Source of the DNA: Verrucomicrobiia bacterium
Lineage (GTDB): Bacteria; Desulfobacterota; Binatia; UBA9968
Length of the DNA: 60,509 nucleotides
NCBI GenBank assembly: GCA_035637295.1
Contig: DASPXM010000285.1
Location: forward strand, 1-60,509
Reading direction: 5' to 3'
A program made the position numbers and the translations under genes. Under the pieces are notes generated by a model. The model saw only the letters and a list, made by a program, of their open reading frames with translations, was not told where the DNA came from and ran no database searches. Positions 60,066 through 60,509 of this stretch are shown here, in pieces (position 1 is the stretch's first letter; every line of letters begins with the position of its first letter).

Positions 60066-60503
60066 CTAGTTCTTCAGTGCGTCTTTGACGTCCCGGCGAA
60101 ACTCTCGTCGGTCCTGGCGCCGCTCCTGCTTGTCGGCTTTCAACTCCTTAACGTCACTCTTTAACTCTGCTCGATTATTGGCGACCTCACCGCGGTCCTG
60201 ACGGATTTCATTCACGTCTCGAGCAATTTCATCCTTGCTCGCGCCGCTTTTGATATCCCGGCGAAGGTCCCTGCGATCCCGATATAATTCTCTGCGATCG
60301 CCTTTGAGCTCTCTACGATCGCCGAGTTTTTCCTTGCGGTCCAGCCTGACCTCGTGACGGTCCTGGCGGATCTCTTGGCGATCGTGCCGCAGTTCATGTT
60401 TTTCCGGCGTGATCGAGCTGTCGGCGGCAAAAAGCAGCGAACTCCCGAGTGCCAGCGATGCGGTCAGGACTCCAGCCACCAAAAGAGAATTTCCGTGATC
60501 CAT
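60066..60503 (-). CDS. secreted highly charged heptad-repeat protein
   Basis: Signal peptide, then about 15 consecutive heptads of the type x-E-[LIV]-R-x-D-R. ATG at 60503; the track TTG at 60509 lies on the window edge. Confidence 0.55.
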   Translation of the reverse strand: MDHGNSLLVAGVLTASLALGSSLLFAADSSITPEKHELRHDRQEIRQDRHEVRLDRKEKLGDRRELKGDRRELYRDRRDLRRDIKSGASKDEIARDVNEIRQDRGEVANNRAELKSDVKELKADKQERRQDRREFRRDVKDALKN

Positions 60504-60509
60504 ATCCAA

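Overview
This 60.5-kb window is a gene-dense, mostly plus-strand, GC-rich chromosomal segment. It comes from a Gram-negative-type bacterium (lipoproteins, BamE-like and LptM-like genes); the lineage is not identifiable from sequence alone. It is dominated by housekeeping genes: era-der, dprA-topA-trmFO, a Ppx/GppA phosphatase, HU, ilvE, phnDCE, nadK-recN, tRNA-Ala(GGC), rpmE-prfA-prmC-murA, hisDBHA, xerC-hslVU, a translationally coupled argBDFGH-lipoprotein-lysA-dapFAB supercluster, glyQS and a heterodimeric ABC exporter pair. I found no CRISPR array, integrase, transposase, phage genes or recognisable defence system. Two things stand out. (1) Several families of short low-complexity repeats (degenerate units GTTCAAR, AAATCYR, GGAGTR, GCGCCAAG) sit directly after stop codons. 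They build imperfect, often G.U-compensated hairpins, spill into some CDS ends, and occur together with a 127-bp element that has terminal inverted repeats. (2) The right end carries a seven-gene minus-strand operon: a charged heptad-repeat secreted protein, an ECF sigma factor, a zf-HC2 anti-sigma factor, a Met-rich small protein, a DUF3106-like repeat protein, DUF1800 and DUF1501. Smaller oddities are an MGMT-like mini-ORF overlapping the der 3' end, two long unexplained non-coding stretches (77-564 and 18304-18659) and an AAA+ ATPase paired with a BamE-like lipoprotein. All product calls come from reading motifs in the translations; no database search was possible.
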